Positions 1-9,276 of a stretch of 64,000 nucleotides of DNA are shown piece after piece. Position 1 is the first letter of the stretch. Each line of letters begins with the position of its first letter. The stretch lies in sequence record NC_042136.1, one strand, 5' to 3'. Made by a program: the position numbers and the translations under genes. The notes below the pieces were generated by a model. The model saw only the letters and a program-made list of their open reading frames with translations. It searched no databases and had not been told where the DNA came from.

Positions 1-1317
1 GTCAACCAAAAAGACATCCTAAGTGGACACTCTTCGAAATGCACCAACGAATTCGAAGCGTGGGTTTCGTTACTGGAACAACTGCAAGCTTACGTGGAGT
101 CGGTAAAAACCGAGATCGTGGTCGTTAAGAAAGAAGAAGTGGAACATGACGTAGAATGGGTTCGCATTCTCTTTATTCCTAACGATCCTTGGTTTTACCG
201 TATCATGGAAATGACGGCGTCTCGTAAAGGTAAATGTGAAGATAATATGTGGGTTCGCATTAAAGCTCTACAAGAATTCTTCAAACCTTATATTCCTACG
301 AATGCTAATGTGGATGTCAAAGTCTCTTTAGCGAAAGGTGGGTTAGGGGCGAAACGTTTAAGTGAAGAACTTGGCTTAAGTGACGTTATGACCATGTGGG
401 GTGATGCGGCGGAGTGTTACTTAAACGCACAACCGGTAAAAGAGTACGAGAACCCGGAGACAGGGCTCCCTAAAGTAATCAGTGGGAACCGTTGGTATTT
501 CCGTACCGGGATGGGGACCGATTATTGGGAAGAAGTCGAAGGGCATCGACGTTACCAATTCGGGTCAGTAGAAAAAGGGAAACAGTATTACGGTAAGTTA
601 ACACCCGACGTGACTTATTCCGCGTTGTTTGTTAAAGAACCGATTCCTTATTTCGATCGTTTGTTCCGCTTTACCGAAGAACGAACAGAGAACCCTCGTG
701 AACTGTTGTGTGCTGGTAACTTACAGTACGTGTCCAGTAAGGGCGTGGCTCGTATGATCGACTCTTATCCCGGTGTTCGTAAAGGAAAGGACTTGGTCGT
801 TCCTTTCGTAGTAGGGACGAAAGAAGATCCTACGTTGATTGAGCTGATTGACCCTCCGGGTTTGTCGTTCATGATAGTAGAAACCATGGACCGTATTGAT
901 TTAACATTTACTTCGTTTACTAACCGAGACGAAGACAATCGTTACGGGGATAAGCAAGAGTACATCGACATCACCGATTTGTTTTATGTTAAAGAAACAA
1001 ATAAGAAAGGGGATGTGAAACTCAAACTTAACCCATCGTTCAAACCTAACGAAATGGTGATACGTTACACCGCACACCACCCTAAAGCGGTGTGTCCGGT
1101 TCCTATCATGTTGAGTGTGGGCTATGATGTCCCAGAACGTAACTGCTTTAATTCCATTAAAGACCCGGATGTTAAAGTATGGTTAAACTTAGACTTCTCT
1201 AATGATCGTTGTTTGATCTATCGTACTATTATCGAAACGACGGAATGGACTTACGTTTTCACTTCGGCGTCAGCAAATGTGCGAGTGTTGAACAAGAAAG
1301 AATTAGGCGAAAAGTAA
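1..1317 (+). CDS. RNase H-like protein (phiKZ gp155-like), 5'-truncated by the window edge
   Basis: The frame is open from base 1 (VNQKDILSGHSS... continues into the listed 94..1317 ORF). The segment WVRIK...VKVSLAKGGLGAKRLSEELG weakly resembles the RNase H C-terminal motif. Its position upstream of a gp153-like gene and uvsX matches remembered phiKZ order. Confidence 0.4.
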   Translation, partial: VNQKDILSGHSSKCTNEFEAWVSLLEQLQAYVESVKTEIVVVKKEEVEHDVEWVRILFIPNDPWFYRIMEMTASRKGKCEDNMWVRIKALQEFFKPYIPTNANVDVKVSLAKGGLGAKRLSEELGLSDVMTMWGDAAECYLNAQPVKEYENPETGLPKVISGNRWYFRTGMGTDYWEEVEGHRRYQFGSVEKGKQYYGKLTPDVTYSALFVKEPIPYFDRLFRFTEERTENPRELLCAGNLQYVSSKGVARMIDSYPGVRKGKDLVVPFVVGTKEDPTLIELIDPPGLSFMIVETMDRIDLTFTSFTNRDEDNRYGDKQEYIDITDLFYVKETNKKGDVKLKLNPSFKPNEMVIRYTAHHPKAVCPVPIMLSVGYDVPERNCFNSIKDPDVKVWLNLDFSNDRCLIYRTIIETTEWTYVFTSASANVRVLNKKELGEK

Positions 1318-1325
1318 ATAAGACG

Positions 1326-1368
1326 GAGGTAGGGGATTCCCCTACCTCATCTTTTCTTTTTATTATTT
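1326..1368. terminator. Intrinsic terminator between convergent genes
   Basis: GAGGTAGGGG-ATT-CCCCTACCTC stem followed by a long T-rich tract. Confidence 0.75.
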
Positions 1369-1370
1369 TT

Positions 1371-2180
1371 TTACAGGTTTTCGATAACGTCACATTGCGC
1401 TTTCAATACCGCAGACAATTCGTTTAACATGCCCACTAACGCACCTGTTAAGTTCATGTAACGTTCAAAATCATCGAACACACGTTTGATGTTATCGATG
1501 TCGTTCTCGTCCAATACGATATCGTTGGACATAATGCGTTGTAACACTAGCTCTGACAATTCAGCGTTCAGTTGGAGTTGTCGAGCAATGGTTTCGGCAT
1601 CACGAGGTTTAATCATTTTAACGTTTAGGTTGTACTCGTTAATACTACGGAACATTTCGTTAAAAGACGGGTAGAGATCTTTTAGAGGTAATTGCATTTC
1701 TTTTTTGCTGTTACCTAGTGTTTCGATAAAACGTTGAAGATCATCGATTTGACGACTCGTGCTAGATACGGTATAACGGAAAGTACCTGACACTTTACCC
1801 TTAGCTGCGATCTCGCGTAACCAGTCGTAGAAACGACTAGAGTCCGTTTTAAACGCGTCCACTAAACCTACTGCACTGATGCACGATTTAATGTACTTTT
1901 CCATCGTAGTTGTGCGAGGATTAAAATGCACAGGGATTGGTATCATCGTTTTACTACGGTTGAAGTAAGATTGGTGGTTTGCCTTTGCTTGAGCTTTGTT
2001 GTAATCAACGGTATGAATAGAGCTGGACATACCTGCGATTTTCTTATCGAGTTCTAGACTCAGGGACTTAAAGCGCATACGGAAACCTTCGATAGGGGTT
2101 AAGTATTTCTTAAGATCGAACGCTTCCATCCCGTCTACTGGTGCCGGGTTAAACACCAGATTTAAGTAATAATTTTCCAT
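1371..2180 (-). CDS. Putative virion (head) protein, phiKZ gp153-like
   Basis: 269-aa helical ORF between the RNase H-like gene and uvsX on the opposite strand. It has an N-terminal DGMEA putative protease site. Confidence 0.5.
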   Translation of the reverse strand: MENYYLNLVFNPAPVDGMEAFDLKKYLTPIEGFRMRFKSLSLELDKKIAGMSSSIHTVDYNKAQAKANHQSYFNRSKTMIPIPVHFNPRTTTMEKYIKSCISAVGLVDAFKTDSSRFYDWLREIAAKGKVSGTFRYTVSSTSRQIDDLQRFIETLGNSKKEMQLPLKDLYPSFNEMFRSINEYNLNVKMIKPRDAETIARQLQLNAELSELVLQRIMSNDIVLDENDIDNIKRVFDDFERYMNLTGALVGMLNELSAVLKAQCDVIENL

Positions 2181-2234
2181 GACTGTAATGCCTTAATATA
2201 GGTTAACTAACATAAAATTCATTTAGAGGTAAAT

Positions 2235-3674
2235 ATGTCAATTCCGAATTTCGGCTTCCTTAACAAAATCGAATCATCTGAGTCAATTCAAATCGGTTTG
2301 AACATTTCTCCTATCTACGATATCAATAACGGTCGTTTCTTCATCGGTAAAGATGACCTCGCGTATTGTAACGGCGGTATGACTCCAAACAACGCCGTAA
2401 CGGGCGGCTCTAACACACAAAAAACAGGCATGCTCATCCTTAGCTGTTTAAGCTTCCTAGAACGCATCCCACAAGGTGTTATCATCTATGGTGATACTGA
2501 GGCTACCCTAGACATCGGTCGTCTCTCAGAAGCTGTAGACAAACGTTTTGGTGAAACCGGTTACTTCGAACGAGAAATCCTAAACAAGCGTTTCATCTAC
2601 CTTAGTTCAGCGGATGGTTACGACGGCACACAACTGCACAACATCGTTAAAGACGCTTACAAAGACTTCCAAGAAAACAAGAACGATAGAAGCCGTTACC
2701 TAGAAACAGTGTTCCTAGACAAAAACAAAAAGCCTATCGAAATCTACACACCGATCATGGTGATCACCGATTCACTAGGTGAGTTGCGCTTTAACGAAGC
2801 GTCGGTTAAGTTCCAAGAAGGTGATGTGGATGAAGGTGGTAAGAAGCGTACTCGTGATATGGAGTTCGGTAACTTAAAACGTATCGTGTTCGAAGACTCT
2901 CACCACTTAGGTGGTATCGCTGGTCTGAAACTATGGTGGGTGGGTCAAATCACTGACGTTATCAACATGGACGGCAAACCTCAAGAGAAACAATCTACGT
3001 TTATCCGTCAAGGTAAAAAGATTGCGAAGTGTCCTAAAGCTATCCTACAGCTCCCTGCACAAGGTTACGAGATCATTCGTGGTTCTGCATTGAAATCTGA
3101 ACAACAATGGATGTACCCTAACCCACTGGGTCGTGACGTAGTAATCACTGCGGATGCTCGTGAGAACCCGGACTTGCTACAATACTCGTACACCATGTTC
3201 CGTAACAAAGGTGGTCCGTCTGGTCTTAGCGGTACGTTCTTGGGTTCTCAGTCCGATGGTATCCAAGAAGGTCTTTCTATGTACCACTCTTTGAAGACTA
3301 ACGGTTACTTTGCACTGGACGGTTCTAAAGTTTCCCATGAGTGTACTTTCTTACCGGGTGTTAAAGTAGGTCGTACTACCGTTCGTAAAGTGATCGCGGA
3401 CAACCCTAAGTTTTACCGCGCACTGACTATCGCTTACCACATCATGAAAATGCAACGTGAGTGGTTACGTCTACCAGAACAATACCGCATGACTCCAGAA
3501 GAAATCTACAAAGCGGTGAAAGACCGTGGTTTCGATTGGGATGAGTTATTGGACTCTGTGGATTACTGGCACACCAATCCTGACATTGATAAGCCGACGA
3601 TTACTGCTTACCAAATCTTCCGCCTTGCTACAGGCGAGTCTACGGCCACTGGCCGCCCTGCTAAGAAAAAATAA
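2235..3674 (+). CDS. uvsX: UvsX/RecA-like recombinase (phiKZ gp152-like)
   Basis: Variant Walker A TGGSNTQKTG, YGDTE, and Walker B MVITDSLG. GAGG SD upstream. Confidence 0.8.
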   Translation: MSIPNFGFLNKIESSESIQIGLNISPIYDINNGRFFIGKDDLAYCNGGMTPNNAVTGGSNTQKTGMLILSCLSFLERIPQGVIIYGDTEATLDIGRLSEAVDKRFGETGYFEREILNKRFIYLSSADGYDGTQLHNIVKDAYKDFQENKNDRSRYLETVFLDKNKKPIEIYTPIMVITDSLGELRFNEASVKFQEGDVDEGGKKRTRDMEFGNLKRIVFEDSHHLGGIAGLKLWWVGQITDVINMDGKPQEKQSTFIRQGKKIAKCPKAILQLPAQGYEIIRGSALKSEQQWMYPNPLGRDVVITADARENPDLLQYSYTMFRNKGGPSGLSGTFLGSQSDGIQEGLSMYHSLKTNGYFALDGSKVSHECTFLPGVKVGRTTVRKVIADNPKFYRALTIAYHIMKMQREWLRLPEQYRMTPEEIYKAVKDRGFDWDELLDSVDYWHTNPDIDKPTITAYQIFRLATGESTATGRPAKKK

Positions 3675-3688
3675 CAGTTAAATTTTAT

Positions 3689-3712
3689 GGGTGTCTTCGG
3701 ACACCCCTTATT
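3689..3712 (+). terminator. Intrinsic terminator
   Basis: GGGTGTC-TTCG-GACACCC hairpin followed by a T-rich tract. Confidence 0.7.
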
Positions 3713-3735
3713 TCATATTTCGGAGATAAAGAATA

Positions 3736-4107
3736 ATGTCAGTGAACACACAAAACATCTTGGTTATTTGTGATTCTGGTTTTGGCAATTTGTGTGAAAC
3801 ACCTATTTCTTACATTGAACGTCTGAAAACCATTATTGCTGAACGAACCAACAACGACTATGCGTTACATACGGTTAGTGGTAAGTACGGGCTAGGTGAT
3901 TTAGAACCAGAGGTAAACACATTAGAGATCGAAGATCGTAACAAGACGTCTTTTGTTCAGACTATCGAGAACATGACGGAACTCGCGAACGAACTTATCA
4001 TCATTTCTATTGTGGATCACGACCCTTACATCGAAGCACTAGCGGCGGCGTTAAGTGAGCGTTGCATTACCATTCGTCGTTACAAATATCAAAGGAAAGC
4101 GGCATGA
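3736..4107 (+). CDS. Hypothetical protein (small alpha/beta fold)
   Basis: 123-aa ORF with GGAG SD. Its stop overlaps the next start (ATGA). Confidence 0.7.
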   Translation: MSVNTQNILVICDSGFGNLCETPISYIERLKTIIAERTNNDYALHTVSGKYGLGDLEPEVNTLEIEDRNKTSFVQTIENMTELANELIIISIVDHDPYIEALAAALSERCITIRRYKYQRKAA

Positions 4108-4799
4108 GTGAAACTCGAAATCGCAAGGCAGCCGAAAAGGTCTGGCTTGACTTAATGAAAGAGATCACCAAAGGTGGTTATAACTACCGGGTTTATAAAG
4201 ACTTGTTCGCTAAGATGAACGACGAACAGTTCCATGAACTCATGGTGAAACTAGAATCAGGTGGTCAGTTATCTGTTTGGGTGGACAACAACAACCCTGA
4301 CGAATATCCTATCTACGATGATCTATTGGTGTCGTGTGAAAAACGCGGATTGGTTATTGAACAACACCTAGTGTTCTACGATCAAGACACCGGGTTGGAA
4401 TACGAAACACCGGAAAGCTTCGTGGTTGGTACTGCGGAAACTCGTAAACAACGTCAGATGTGGGTGAAGAAATTCGGGGCAGCTAAAGACGACACTAAGA
4501 TCGATGACTTAACTGGTCAAGTATTTGGTGATTCCCGCGGTACGGGTATTTCCATCCCGGAAGTTCGTGTACTGAAAACATTAGGGTTGGATCTGATGGC
4601 TCGCGAACTTTATGACGTTAAAGGTGGTGACTTAGGTGCGTTAGACGAATACCGTCGCAGTATCCAAGAAACCGGTCATGCGAGTGTTCGTGAATCCCTG
4701 CGTCGCGGTACAGGTGTTCGTTCATTAATGACGGCGGGTATTTTGATGCGTGGTCGTCACCTAGAAAACAACGTAGGGGAGCGTGAGAAAGATGAATAA
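4104..4799 (+). CDS. rpoB: Virion RNA polymerase beta subunit, C-terminal part (phiKZ gp149-like)
   Basis: TGQVFGDSRGTGISIPEVRVLKTLGL and ELYDVKGGD align with the beta C-terminal GGQRFGEMEVWALEAYGA and ELLTVKSDD motifs. ATG 4104 (ATGA overlap) is preferred to 4062. Confidence 0.8.
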   Translation: MSETRNRKAAEKVWLDLMKEITKGGYNYRVYKDLFAKMNDEQFHELMVKLESGGQLSVWVDNNNPDEYPIYDDLLVSCEKRGLVIEQHLVFYDQDTGLEYETPESFVVGTAETRKQRQMWVKKFGAAKDDTKIDDLTGQVFGDSRGTGISIPEVRVLKTLGLDLMARELYDVKGGDLGALDEYRRSIQETGHASVRESLRRGTGVRSLMTAGILMRGRHLENNVGEREKDE

Positions 4800-5307
4800 C
4801 TTTCCTAACGTCGCTCACTGGTTAGAAATATGGTGTCGAGAACTCGCTTTACTCCAATGGTCTAACACCGAAGGAGAAGCAGGTCTTCACTCTATTTTCG
4901 GACTCACCGCAGCGATGCAGATTAAACCCTTGGTTTCCGTGTCTGAAGAATACGATGACTTTATGTCTGTTGCGTTGACCAAAAAAGAACACACTTCAGA
5001 CTTCGTCAGTGAACTCATGGAACTTACCATGCGTATTACTGCGGCTATTAATTTGGACGAGTTACATAAAGAATTCGAGACTTTGATAAAAGGTCTTAAC
5101 AGTAACTTTGAACAACTTGGTGGGATCAGTTACGAGGAAATGAACCCATTGAAAACGTTCGTGTTACTTCATCGTATTTATTCCGTGGAAATCTCGGCCC
5201 GTATTAAAGCGTACGAACCAATCAGACACAACCCTGTACTGGGTTATTTCACCCCGTTGTTGGAAGAGTTGTTGATCGGAGCGGCGAAAGAAACAAAAGG
5301 AGCGTAA
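4783..5307 (+). CDS. Hypothetical protein (phiKZ gp148 position)
   Basis: 174-aa ORF translationally coupled within the operon; the start may be ATG 4792. Confidence 0.65.
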   Translation: MRKMNNFPNVAHWLEIWCRELALLQWSNTEGEAGLHSIFGLTAAMQIKPLVSVSEEYDDFMSVALTKKEHTSDFVSELMELTMRITAAINLDELHKEFETLIKGLNSNFEQLGGISYEEMNPLKTFVLLHRIYSVEISARIKAYEPIRHNPVLGYFTPLLEELLIGAAKETKGA

Positions 5308-5308
5308 G

Positions 5309-6046
5309 ATGTCGTATCGAGTCTTAACCGACATAGACACGTTACTGGACACTCGTCAAGGTACTTTAGATGTTTTACTACAAGCGAGTAAAGAAACTTT
5401 TGATAATGTTTATGCTTCTAGCTACACTAAACGCATATTGGATAAGTTCGACCGTGTACCTTTTGGGATCACTATGGATCGCTATCGAGATGCTTTTGAA
5501 AGACGGGACATTAATACCATCATAAAGGCGAGACCGACACCGCTACTACGTAACTTGTTTAAAGTCGTAGTAGACGCGGAAGGGTTAAGTGGTAAACCGA
5601 TTCAGGTTCAGTCATTAGAGATCACGGTGTTAACTCACCCTTATGATCTTCCGGATGACCTACTGGATGAACTTCGTAAAATCCTAGAACATAACCTTGG
5701 GTATCGTTGTAACGTCGCTTTTGATAAACGACATGCCAATGATGTCACAGGAAATTACGTATCGAACTTTACTCACGTCTTTATGTATCATTTGTTAGGG
5801 GAAGCTTATCCGGCTTTTACTAAAACATTTGACCAACGTCCGAGTCCAGATACTAAGTTGTTTATCCCAGCGGTGTTCTTAAAAGAACCGGAAGAAAGTG
5901 GGATTTCCCCTACCGCTCAAATCCAACGTATTAGTTTATTATGGGCGGTGTTGTGGACGGTCGTACCTTTACCGTTGAAGTTTTACGACGGGATCAGTAA
6001 AGAAGAATCAGAACGCTTGGAAGAACGTTATGGCGGAAAGAACTAA
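5309..6046 (+). CDS. Conserved jumbo-phage protein with HAD-like N-terminus (phiKZ gp147 position)
   Basis: N-terminal VLTDIDTLLD resembles HAD motif I (hhhDxD). Confidence 0.55.
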   Translation: MSYRVLTDIDTLLDTRQGTLDVLLQASKETFDNVYASSYTKRILDKFDRVPFGITMDRYRDAFERRDINTIIKARPTPLLRNLFKVVVDAEGLSGKPIQVQSLEITVLTHPYDLPDDLLDELRKILEHNLGYRCNVAFDKRHANDVTGNYVSNFTHVFMYHLLGEAYPAFTKTFDQRPSPDTKLFIPAVFLKEPEESGISPTAQIQRISLLWAVLWTVVPLPLKFYDGISKEESERLEERYGGKN

Positions 6047-6353
6047 ACCTGAACCGAGTTATGCGCCGGCATACGCGGCGATGTATCCTGAGCTTGCAAA
6101 GATCGCTAAACAACACGGCTGGGGATTATCTATCTTAGGAAGTATGCAGCGTGACTTTGATTTGGTGTGTATTCCTTGGACTGAGTCACCTCATGACCCG
6201 GAATGTGTAGTGGATGGTTTTTGTGACACCTTTGCTTTAGATAAGGTAGGAGAACCAGATGTTACACATCATGGTCGTCAACGTTTCACGTTATCAGTGG
6301 GATGGGGAGAGTGTTTCCTAGATCTTTCTTTCATGCCAAGAATCGAAAAGTAA
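6030..6353 (+). CDS. Small hypothetical protein with a nucleotidyltransferase-like GS...DxD motif
   Basis: HGWGLSILGSMQRDFDLVCIPW. Confidence 0.55.
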   Translation: MAERTKPEPSYAPAYAAMYPELAKIAKQHGWGLSILGSMQRDFDLVCIPWTESPHDPECVVDGFCDTFALDKVGEPDVTHHGRQRFTLSVGWGECFLDLSFMPRIEK

Positions 6354-6360
6354 ACATATT

Positions 6361-6383
6361 CCCACTCCCGATAAAGGAGTGGG
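6361..6383. terminator. Hairpin between convergent genes
   Basis: CCCACTCC-CGATAAA-GGAGTGGG. Confidence 0.6.
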
Positions 6384-6401
6384 AATATTATGCATTTATA
6401 C

Positions 6402-6905
6402 TTAGTTAACTTTTTCGCCGTCGAAGTCCAAATAAACCTGACCTTGTACCAATTCATCTTCACGAATTTTAGGTTGATCTTCAAGTAAGTCACCGAGTTC
6501 AGCATCCATGTTAATGATAAAAGAACCTTCACCCCATGTAGGAAGTTGAATTTCCATATTGTTAAGGGAACCTAAAGCTTCAATCATTTGATTGAAACTC
6601 GCTCGGTTTTCTTCTCGGTCTTTATTACGCTCTGCTTCCTTACGGTCGTCACGTACCGATTTTTCTAACGCCCCGACTAAGGAGTTTAAAGCATCCAATA
6701 GTTTCGGGTCGTTTGGTCGTTTTAAATAAGCAGCAGTTGCATTGTCTAAGATGAGACCACGGAGTTGTTGAATAGAACTCACTAAATTGCGTTGACTTGG
6801 ATCTTCCTCGTCTTTACGGTTAGCGTCGAAAAGTTGTTGTAAAATACCCTTTACCGTTTGATCGGAGGCATCCGCGTGGTAGGGTTTGAATTCTTGGTCT
6901 GTCAT
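6402..6905 (-). CDS. Hypothetical helical protein
   Basis: 167-aa ORF with a coiled-coil-like centre; function not recognisable. Confidence 0.7.
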   Translation of the reverse strand: MTDQEFKPYHADASDQTVKGILQQLFDANRKDEEDPSQRNLVSSIQQLRGLILDNATAAYLKRPNDPKLLDALNSLVGALEKSVRDDRKEAERNKDREENRASFNQMIEALGSLNNMEIQLPTWGEGSFIINMDAELGDLLEDQPKIREDELVQGQVYLDFDGEKVN

Positions 6906-6911
6906 AAATTA

Positions 6912-6936
6912 TTTTAAACCTATATTATCTAGGTAG
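6912..6936 (+). promoter_or_regulatory. phiKZ-type early promoter
   Basis: TTTTAAACC-TATATTAT-CTAGGTAG, matching five other copies in the window. Confidence 0.6.
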
Positions 6937-6971
6937 TAACCTACCTTATTGAAAGAAAAAGGAGTATATTA

Positions 6972-7592
6972 ATGAAGCTTTTACAGCGTCTATTAGGTTA
7001 CTTTAAAGCCAAACCTAAACCTAAGGACGTGTCTGATCATTTAAACACCTTAGCGGAAATCAAAGAGTTATTGAAACCTAGCAGCTTAACGCCAGTTAGC
7101 GAAGTCTTGCTCGCTCTATACAATTTCCAACGAGAGCTCCCGTATGGGTTTATAGAAGACTTTAGTACGTTAAGAAAGCAACGTATCAAAGTTAATTCGA
7201 GGACGTCTGAGAGCCTCTCTCTGTTCGTCAGAGACAGTTTCCGAGACCCTCATGAACGTGTTGCAGTTTATCATGACACGTTTGTTAATAGTAAACGAGA
7301 ATTACTATTATTGAACTGGTATTCTAATCGAGAGTCCATTGAAGAAATATTAGAACACTTCCCTACTTGGTTACAAATAGGGATGCGCGCACATTACGAA
7401 CATTATCAGGACGGTCCTTGCGGAGATTATGACTCACCAATATCGACCGGACAACAACGTTTCGTTTTCTCTAATAACTTTATTAAGGTTCTCAATGATT
7501 ATATCACGGTACTAGAGTTGTTATTAAACAGTCAGCCGAGAGGTGACGATTTTGAAAAAGCCAACCAACAAAGACAACAAAGACAAAAATAA
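6972..7592 (+). CDS. Hypothetical protein
   Basis: 206-aa ORF with AGGAG SD, downstream of the early-promoter motif. Confidence 0.7.
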   Translation: MKLLQRLLGYFKAKPKPKDVSDHLNTLAEIKELLKPSSLTPVSEVLLALYNFQRELPYGFIEDFSTLRKQRIKVNSRTSESLSLFVRDSFRDPHERVAVYHDTFVNSKRELLLLNWYSNRESIEEILEHFPTWLQIGMRAHYEHYQDGPCGDYDSPISTGQQRFVFSNNFIKVLNDYITVLELLLNSQPRGDDFEKANQQRQQRQK

Positions 7593-7989
7593 ACATGGAG
7601 TGGAAGTTGATCTTGATCTAGGGGTAGTGACTAAAAGCTACGTCGAAGACCGAGATCTAAAAGATCCACCATCCAGACTATTTCGTTCTTTGTTACGCAA
7701 ACTCAACTTAACGACGAGTCAATTAGTTTTATTATTAAAGGAGTATATTGATTGGGAAGTCACTAACCCAGATCCAGTTAGAGCGAAAACGGAACGCACC
7801 ACATTACTAGGGAACATCCGATCAGTGTTCTTTAAGAATGATACCATGACTTTTCCTAAACTCCTAACTGGTCTAAGTATCATCCAAGCCCGGCGCTACA
7901 AGTTCACTTTAGAAGTAGAACTGGAGAACGGCGAAACAATTACTGTGTCGGAATCGGGACGTGTGCACAACGCCCGAAACACCAAATAG
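7543..7989 (+). CDS. Hypothetical protein
   Basis: 148-aa ORF with GAGG SD, followed by a terminator. Confidence 0.7.
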   Translation: MTILKKPTNKDNKDKNKHGVEVDLDLGVVTKSYVEDRDLKDPPSRLFRSLLRKLNLTTSQLVLLLKEYIDWEVTNPDPVRAKTERTTLLGNIRSVFFKNDTMTFPKLLTGLSIIQARRYKFTLEVELENGETITVSESGRVHNARNTK

Positions 7990-8020
7990 TGGTTGTGTCT
8001 ATTATTACGTAATAAAAGAC

Positions 8021-8062
8021 CGTCGGCATCCTTCGGGGTGTCGGCGAATTTTATGTTCCTTA
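8021..8062 (+). terminator. Intrinsic terminator
   Basis: 11-bp stem CGTCGGCATCC-TTCG-GGGTGTCGGCG followed by a T-rich tract. Confidence 0.7.
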
Positions 8063-8082
8063 TTTTTTTGATGGTGGGTGAT

Positions 8083-9216
8083 ATGAGTGATAAAGCAACG
8101 TCCCTAGACTCGTTTGATCCATTTGAAGGTGTGCAGTCCACAGACCCGGTAAGTCGTGCTTCGGAAGAGATCAGTAATGACGTCGGTAGTATCCGAAAGC
8201 AAGCCACAGACCCGATAGATGCCAGTAGTGAAGATAACTATTTAGGGATCGAATCCGTCCTACCTTCGATGGAAACCTTAGACGAAACCTTAAACGGGTT
8301 TAAGAGTCAAACCTTAGGTCAAATGACCGAAGCGTATCAACAGAAAACTGAAGACTTCAGTTGGAAAGATGCAAAAGATTTAGTAGATATCGAAGACGGT
8401 AAAGTTAAACTCGACCGGGATGCGATATTAGGAGAGATCTCCGATGTAGTAGGTTACAACGTCGGGAACAGTGACATGTTCAAAGATCAAGCGGGTGATA
8501 CACTGTTTGATTTGTTTGTTCAATTAACGGACCCGGATGGTGGTGCGTTATTGGATAAGAACGGAGATAAATTAAGTTTCAAAGATGGTTGGCGAGAAGG
8601 GACCACCGAAGGACTTATCTACGCATTGGGGATGGCCGGATACGATATGTATCAGGAGGTCCAAGACTCTGCTTTAAAGGATGCGTTCGATGCGACGATG
8701 TTGTACTCGGCAGCACAAGCAGGTATGGTGGAAGCGTACGCGGGGATTTACGCTAAGATCAAGCCACAAGAAAAAGCAGACAACATGATGATCAACGCCA
8801 TGAAATACGTGATTGATAATGGAGACTATTTTAGTTTCCGTGAGATGCTTCGTATTCTAGGTAAAGATCAATACCCTAAGATTCGTTCTACTTACCCGAA
8901 CCTTCCTAGGGACTTGCTCAAGAACTATTACATGGATGATAAGATTTATCCATATCAACACACGGAGATCTGTAATGAGTTAGACGGGCATTTGTCTGAT
9001 ATCTATGGAGTAGATTGGTATTTGATGTCTACAGCCCATGGTGAGGCTTACAACGTCCTTATTGGCAGTGAATGTAGTGATGATGCCATTTTACTACTTC
9101 GTAATGATGAACGACTCAGAATAGTAGTAGCGTTACGAGGAACGTTTACCAAAGGGATGGCAGATAGTGTATTCCGTGGACACTTCCCCAACACACCCGT
9201 GATTAGCATTCGTTAG
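8083..9216 (+). CDS. Putative virion structural protein
   Basis: Acidic N-terminus with GIES/SMET putative processing sites. ATG 8083 after GGTGGGTG is preferred because the listed start 7993 runs through a terminator. Confidence 0.55.
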   Translation: MSDKATSLDSFDPFEGVQSTDPVSRASEEISNDVGSIRKQATDPIDASSEDNYLGIESVLPSMETLDETLNGFKSQTLGQMTEAYQQKTEDFSWKDAKDLVDIEDGKVKLDRDAILGEISDVVGYNVGNSDMFKDQAGDTLFDLFVQLTDPDGGALLDKNGDKLSFKDGWREGTTEGLIYALGMAGYDMYQEVQDSALKDAFDATMLYSAAQAGMVEAYAGIYAKIKPQEKADNMMINAMKYVIDNGDYFSFREMLRILGKDQYPKIRSTYPNLPRDLLKNYYMDDKIYPYQHTEICNELDGHLSDIYGVDWYLMSTAHGEAYNVLIGSECSDDAILLLRNDERLRIVVALRGTFTKGMADSVFRGHFPNTPVISIR

Positions 9217-9226
9217 TAAACAGTAA

Positions 9227-9275
9227 TAACTCCTACCTCCGAAAGGAGGTAGGAGTTATATTCACTTTTTATTTT
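9227..9275. terminator. Bidirectional intrinsic terminator
   Basis: Perfect 14-bp stem TAACTCCTACCTCC-GAAA-GGAGGTAGGAGTTA with a downstream T-run, between convergent genes. Confidence 0.85.
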
Positions 9276-9276
9276 T

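Noticed and set aside
2190-2212. Minus-strand AACCTATATTAAGG as an early promoter for 1371-2180
   Set aside because: It lacks the downstream RDGTG element, lies very close to the ATG, and the gene looks like a late virion gene; left uncalled.
7993-8082. Listed N-terminal extension of the 407-aa ORF
   Set aside because: It overlaps a terminator hairpin and T-tract; ATG 8083 has an SD.
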